DNA of 64,000 bases from the NCBI GenBank assembly GCA_003344405.1, contig NOWV01000230.1, positions 1 to 64,000 of the forward strand, in the 5' to 3' direction. The DNA is from Trichoplax sp. H2 (lineage: Eukaryota). Positions 59,101 through 64,000 of the stretch are shown one piece after another (the first letter of the stretch is position 1; every line of letters starts with the position of its first letter). The position numbers and the translations under genes were made by a program. The notes beneath the pieces are model-generated. The model did no database searches. It was not told the DNA's origin and was given only the letters and a program-made list of their open reading frames with translations.

Positions 59101-62100
59101 CTATAATATCAAGTGTAGAAAGTAATTAATCATTTCAATAAGTAATTTATGCTTATTGTTTTAGTGGATTATCCAAAGATTACGCAACTCCCTGAAAGTG
59201 CAAATTTGCTAAATGGTAGTACAGCCATATTAAATTGCACCGGCATTAGCTATCTCATTCCCACTGTGACATGGTTAAAAAATGGAGAGCCGTTAGAAAA
59301 TTATGATAACATAACGAATATTGATTATTCAACTGTGAATAGTCTATTATATCTACCAACTTCGGAGTTAAGCAGTGCAGATAATTACCAATGTCGGTAT
59401 TCAAACTCTAAAGGAATAGCCATTAGTAATAAAGCCAACCTTTATGTTTACGGTATATATATATTTATGCTAAAATATTGGCATAGAATTGATTTTAAGA
59501 CATGTAGTTAGCAATATTCTATTTATTTTCATGATAATATGCATGCCTTAAATTAATTTCATTTACCGCATACTTTATCCGCAGAAATATTTTCAACAGC
59601 GTCCCTTAAGACTGCTGTAGGAGGAAACATAACTCTATCTTGCTATGCTATTGGTTCGCCATTACCGACAATTACTTGGATGAAATTCGGTGAAATATTG
59701 TTGGAGTTTAATGATACAGAGTTGCTTTTCGTTGAAAATGTAACATTGGAAGACAGTGGAGATTATCGTTGTACATTATCAAACCATATAGGCATGATAT
59801 CAAGTAAAATTTCCAATATAATTGTTTATGGTAAGTCTTTCATTATGAATTAAAAATGTCCAGGTTTAATCTCTTAAACCTCAATGACAATGTACTGGAA
59901 ACTTTGATTCACTTAAGATTCATCCAAGGATGAGTGATTAAGCTCTGATGAATTAATAGTTGAAGTAGATAATATACAATTAATAGTTCTTACCGTAATT
60001 ATTTAATACCGCTTGTTAATAGCCTAAACCGAAAGTGTTTTTTGGAAATTTTTATAGCGTACCCCATAATTGAAAATCTTACTGAGAGTGTTATGGTACC
60101 AAGAGGGAAAGCAATCGATTTACAGTGCCAAGGTTCTAGTTTGACGAAACCAGTGATGATATCATGGCTCAAAAATAATCTAATTTTAAGCCCTAGCCAG
60201 TATATCATAACGCTGATAAATATTACCGAAAATACGGTAGTGAGCCAATTAATGATAAATCCAGCAACCTATAATCATTCGGATATTTATCGATGTCGAG
60301 TTTATAACCCACATGCAGCCGTTCTATCATCGAATATCGCAATTGTAATTCAAGGTATGGTACAGCAATGTGCCTAATAGCGATAATAATTTATGTCCCC
60401 AAAAAAGTTTGCCTAGATTTAGTTCTTTCTCAATCAATATATATTTGTCATTCTCGCAGATCCGCCAAATCCAGTTCGCAATCTATCGATTAGCAACATA
60501 ACAGCAGACAGTATTTCAGTCTCATGGCTTCCACCTAAACATGATGGCTACTCGCCTATCATGAATTATTCCGTCGAACTATTAAATGATCAGTCTTTAT
60601 TGGTCATTAAGAATTGCTCGTCTAGCCTGATTCCTACTCTGTGTCTTACTTTGACTACATCAGCAACTTTTCAAGGTCTTAAACCATTTACCGTGTATTA
60701 CTTAAGAATATGGGCTAATAACGTGATAGGAAACAGTACAGCAAGCACAGTTCAAGTTAGAACTGATGAGGCTGGTAAGATTACTAAATTTACTATGATA
60801 ATTTTCAATATGCCACTGTGCATTAAAAATTTCTTGGCAAGCTGTTACGTAGAAAAATAATGATTAAATAAAAATTCTAAATCAGAAACTTAAAAGTGCA
60901 CATAAAAATATAATCAGATGTAAGATATATTGTATGCTAGTATCATCGTTATGCGAATATTGCCTAATTAGCTCTCAATTTGTGTTACAGCCCCATCTCT
61001 TCCGATTCGCGCAGGTATAGCGTTAGGCTATAACTCGTCTAGTATTCAAATTAATTGGAAACCACCTGTAATAACCAATGGTATTTTGGGCTATCGAGTC
61101 TATCAATGGCGATCAAATCAAACTATCAAAACATTAAAGAATTCTATTTTAGTTTATGATGGCAGAAGCTTTCAAGCTAGTGGGACCAACTTAGAAGCAG
61201 ATCATCTCTACTACTATCAAATAATTCCTTATAACATAAAGTATGGCTACTTGGGTATAGCGAGTGAATTCATGAATGGAACAAGCCACGAGGATGGTAA
61301 ATATATCGTAGTTACCGAATGAGTTTTATTATAAATATCTGCTCGATGGTAACTGACTAAATTGGGAAATTAATTGAGCGATACTACATAATAATATTAA
61401 GTGCCCTAAAATGCAGTGGTTCAAGTTACGGATATTACAAGGAAAAGATTACTTTGTATGTCCGTGCAATTATCTTCCAAAAAGTAATTAATATTTTAAT
61501 TTTATAGAATCTTTAGTGAAAAGCAACAAAATTTAGGTCTTAGTCATATAAATGAAAGCGTTATAGCATTTAGTTGTTTATTTAACAATTTTTTTAGTTT
61601 TTGGTGCTATACTTATCTCTGTCAGGAGAGTATCAGTAGAATCCTCAGTTAGTTAAATCTTGTCGATTTGTAAGTCAGAAATTGTAAAGAAATACTAGGG
61701 AAAAATCCTTCAAGATGTTTGATGTAACGATTCTGTCTGGGAATGTATTATTATTACTATTTATTAATGGCACTATACAACCAAAGGATTACTACATAGT
61801 ATCATTAAATAAATTTTAGTAAATGAAAATGTTTCATACAACATTGGGGATACCAGTATATTTTGTGAATTTATACAGTATATACACGATCACTATCCAA
61901 TATACACGTAAGGCAAGTTTGCTTATAGCAATTGAAATTTATGATAAAGTACATTTATTATACCTAATTTAAATCAAATATCATCATTGAAATTTACTAT
62001 ACTTCACAATCCAAGGATTATTATATAGTATCATTAATCGAAATTTAGTAAACGAAAATTATTCAATATGGGGAATATTGGTAAGCATTATAAATTTAGA

Positions 62101-64000
62101 CACCGTAAACGCGATCGGAATTCAGACTATTAATTGTTTGCTTATTATAATTGCAACATAGAGTAAAGTGTATTTCTTAATTATGCCAAATTAGATATCG
62201 CTGGAATTGCTGATGATAAATCAACAAATTTATTTTGGATAGCCTATAATAATATTTTACTGCTAACAGTTTCCTCTCTTGATTATGATTATATAGCACC
62301 AACAGCATACCCACGTAATATAACTCTAATCAATTCATCATCAACTTCACTTTCTCTTCTTTGGCATACCATTCCTTTATCTGACCATAATGGTGTCATT
62401 ATTCAATATCGAATTCGTTATAATGCTACTCAGTGGAACCATTATGGAGAAGTTTATATCAGCGGAACAGCCAATATGACAACACTAACCAATTTAATGG
62501 CTTATACAACTTATAAAATTATAATGAGTGCTGCCACTTTCGTCGGATACGGACCCGAAAGTCCGATAATATCAATGACTACGAATCAATCGGGTTAGAT
62601 AACCTCTTTTAATGGTATTTTTATGATCGTAGGGGTGCTTTATGATATTATTAGTTTAGATTACTTTACCAGTAACTTATCAATCAGATAAATACTAGAA
62701 TTAAAAACAGTTATATAATACTATAAAAGTCTAGTCTTTAAGTTAGTACATTGTACTTACTGCATATACTTCACTAAATGGACTGCTTGCTAAAAAAACG
62801 GCGTAATATTTTATGTTGATTAGGCATTGCAGTAATTCGTAAATTACATAAAGTTTATGCCTAGTCAATCCTATACTACCATTTAAACTAAATATCTTTT
62901 TATATCGTCTCAATAATTACCATTTAAATTGCATATAGTATTTCTTTTTTGTTACAATTACTAAAGCATCTAAATTATTTTACCTGTAAAATTATAAGGT
63001 TATATCCGCCTTCTCATACTTTAAAAATAACTTTGATTTAATATACTCATATACTATCGTTTTCGTCATCAGTACCAAGTTTCTATCCTTTGGAAGTAAA
63101 TGCTACGGCTATATCAGCTACTGCAATAAATGTGACGTGGAAGCCGCCACCCATGCTACATAGAAATGGAATTATAACCAGATATAGTGTACAGTACAAT
63201 TCTAGTCTTGGTAATAGTGGAGGAATTATTTTCCTGAACGGGTCTTTAATGGCCGCAACTTTGAGAAATCTGCTTCCTTTTACTAATTATTCAATCACCT
63301 TGAAGGCCGCTACCATAATTGGGTTTGGACCTCAAAGTCCTAATATTACAGTAAATACGTGGGAAGCAGGTTAGCATGTAATTTGATTTTATATTTTCAA
63401 ATCTGTTGTTATATAGATCAAATGTATTATTTATTCTACTTTATCGATTTTACATCATGTTAGTACCTCAATCTTATCATCGAAATATTAGCGGCAAACC
63501 ATTATCTGCTAAAGCTCTCTAATTAGCTAGCTGCCACTTTCTTTAACCGATCGAAATGGCATTATAATAAGTTATAGAATACATTATAATTCAACTAGAG
63601 ACAGTCATCACGGATCCCTTCTAGTTACGTCTCCAGCAGTCAATCCTTTACTACCATTTAAACTAAATATCTTTTTATATCGTCTCAATAATTACCATTT
63701 AAATTGCATATAGTATTTCTTTTTTGCTACAATAACTAAGCATCTAAATTATTTTACCTGTAAAATTATAAGGTTATATCCGCCTTCTCATACTTTAAAA
63801 AATAACTTTGATTTAATATACTCATATACTGTCGTTTTCGTCATCAGTACCAAGTTTCTATCCTTTGGAAGTAAATGCTACGGCTATATCAGCTACTGCA
63901 ATAAATGTGACGTGGAAGCCGCCACCCATGCTACATAGAAATGGAATTATAACCAGATATAGTGTACAGTACAATTCTAGTCTTGGCAATAGTGGAGGAA
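53129..64000 (+). CDS. Large Ig / IgGFc-binding-protein N-terminal domain / FN3 multidomain extracellular protein (3' end beyond window)
   Basis: Phase-1 GT-AG exons: signal peptide 53129-53198; Ig 53316-53600; IgGFcBD 54174-55445; Ig 55944-56231; IgGFcBD 57185-58459; Ig 59165-59452, 59585-59830, 60058-60354; FN3 60460-60774, 60991-61296, 62297-62593, 63073-63369, 63848->64000. All complete internal exons are multiples of 3. Ig motifs C..W.K.G..D.G.Y.C; IgGFcBD motifs RGREF, DLTGT.I.S...VA...GN.CAN.P, DPFM..VP, YG...G. Confidence 0.92.
61770..62150. repeat. Degenerate ~220-bp intronic direct duplication
   Basis: AAGGATTA.TA.ATAGTATCATTAA...TTTAGTAAA.GAAAAT at ~61784 and ~62013. Confidence 0.6.
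62863..64000 (+). repeat. Recent 775-bp tandem duplication containing an FN3 exon
   Basis: Sequence from 62863 matches 63638-64000 at offset 775 with only a few substitutions and indels; no N gap at the junction. Confidence 0.92.
63464..63640 (+). pseudogene. Truncated FN3 pseudo-exon
   Basis: TTAG acceptor then PQSYHRNISGKPLSAKAL, 1-nt frameshift, IS*LPLSLTDRNGIIISYRIHYNST (conserved Trp is TAG); runs into the duplication junction with no donor. Confidence 0.8.

Overview
AT-rich, intron-containing animal genomic DNA with three 20-N scaffold gaps. Composition, compact introns and gene content suggest a basal metazoan, possibly a placozoan such as Trichoplax (inference, not verified). Genes supported by reading frames and GT-AG splice sites: (1) a 5-exon PA-TM-RING (Goliath/RNF130-150 family) E3 ligase, +2720..9240; (2) a single-exon class A GPCR with unusual motif substitutions, -15745..16785; (3) an intact pogo/Tigger (CENP-B-like) transposase-derived ORF with an altered third catalytic residue and no visible TIRs, -27345..28922; (4,5) two tandem, nearly intronless very-long-chain acyl-CoA dehydrogenase paralogues, +36882..38809 and +45055..46989; (6) a large secreted or receptor gene with architecture SP-Ig-IgGFcBD-Ig-IgGFcBD-Ig-Ig-Ig-FN3(n), running from +53129 off the window end and containing a recent FN3-exon tandem duplication. 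Non-coding structure includes a foldback-like element (~95-bp TIRs around a 142-bp tandem array), an intronic ~140-bp satellite, GC-rich GTAC-motif islands, a 32-bp-stem hairpin, a Helitron 3' end present in only one of two gap-flanking copies, degenerate tandem repeats, and two candidate decayed genes. All calls were made by eye; no database searches were run.
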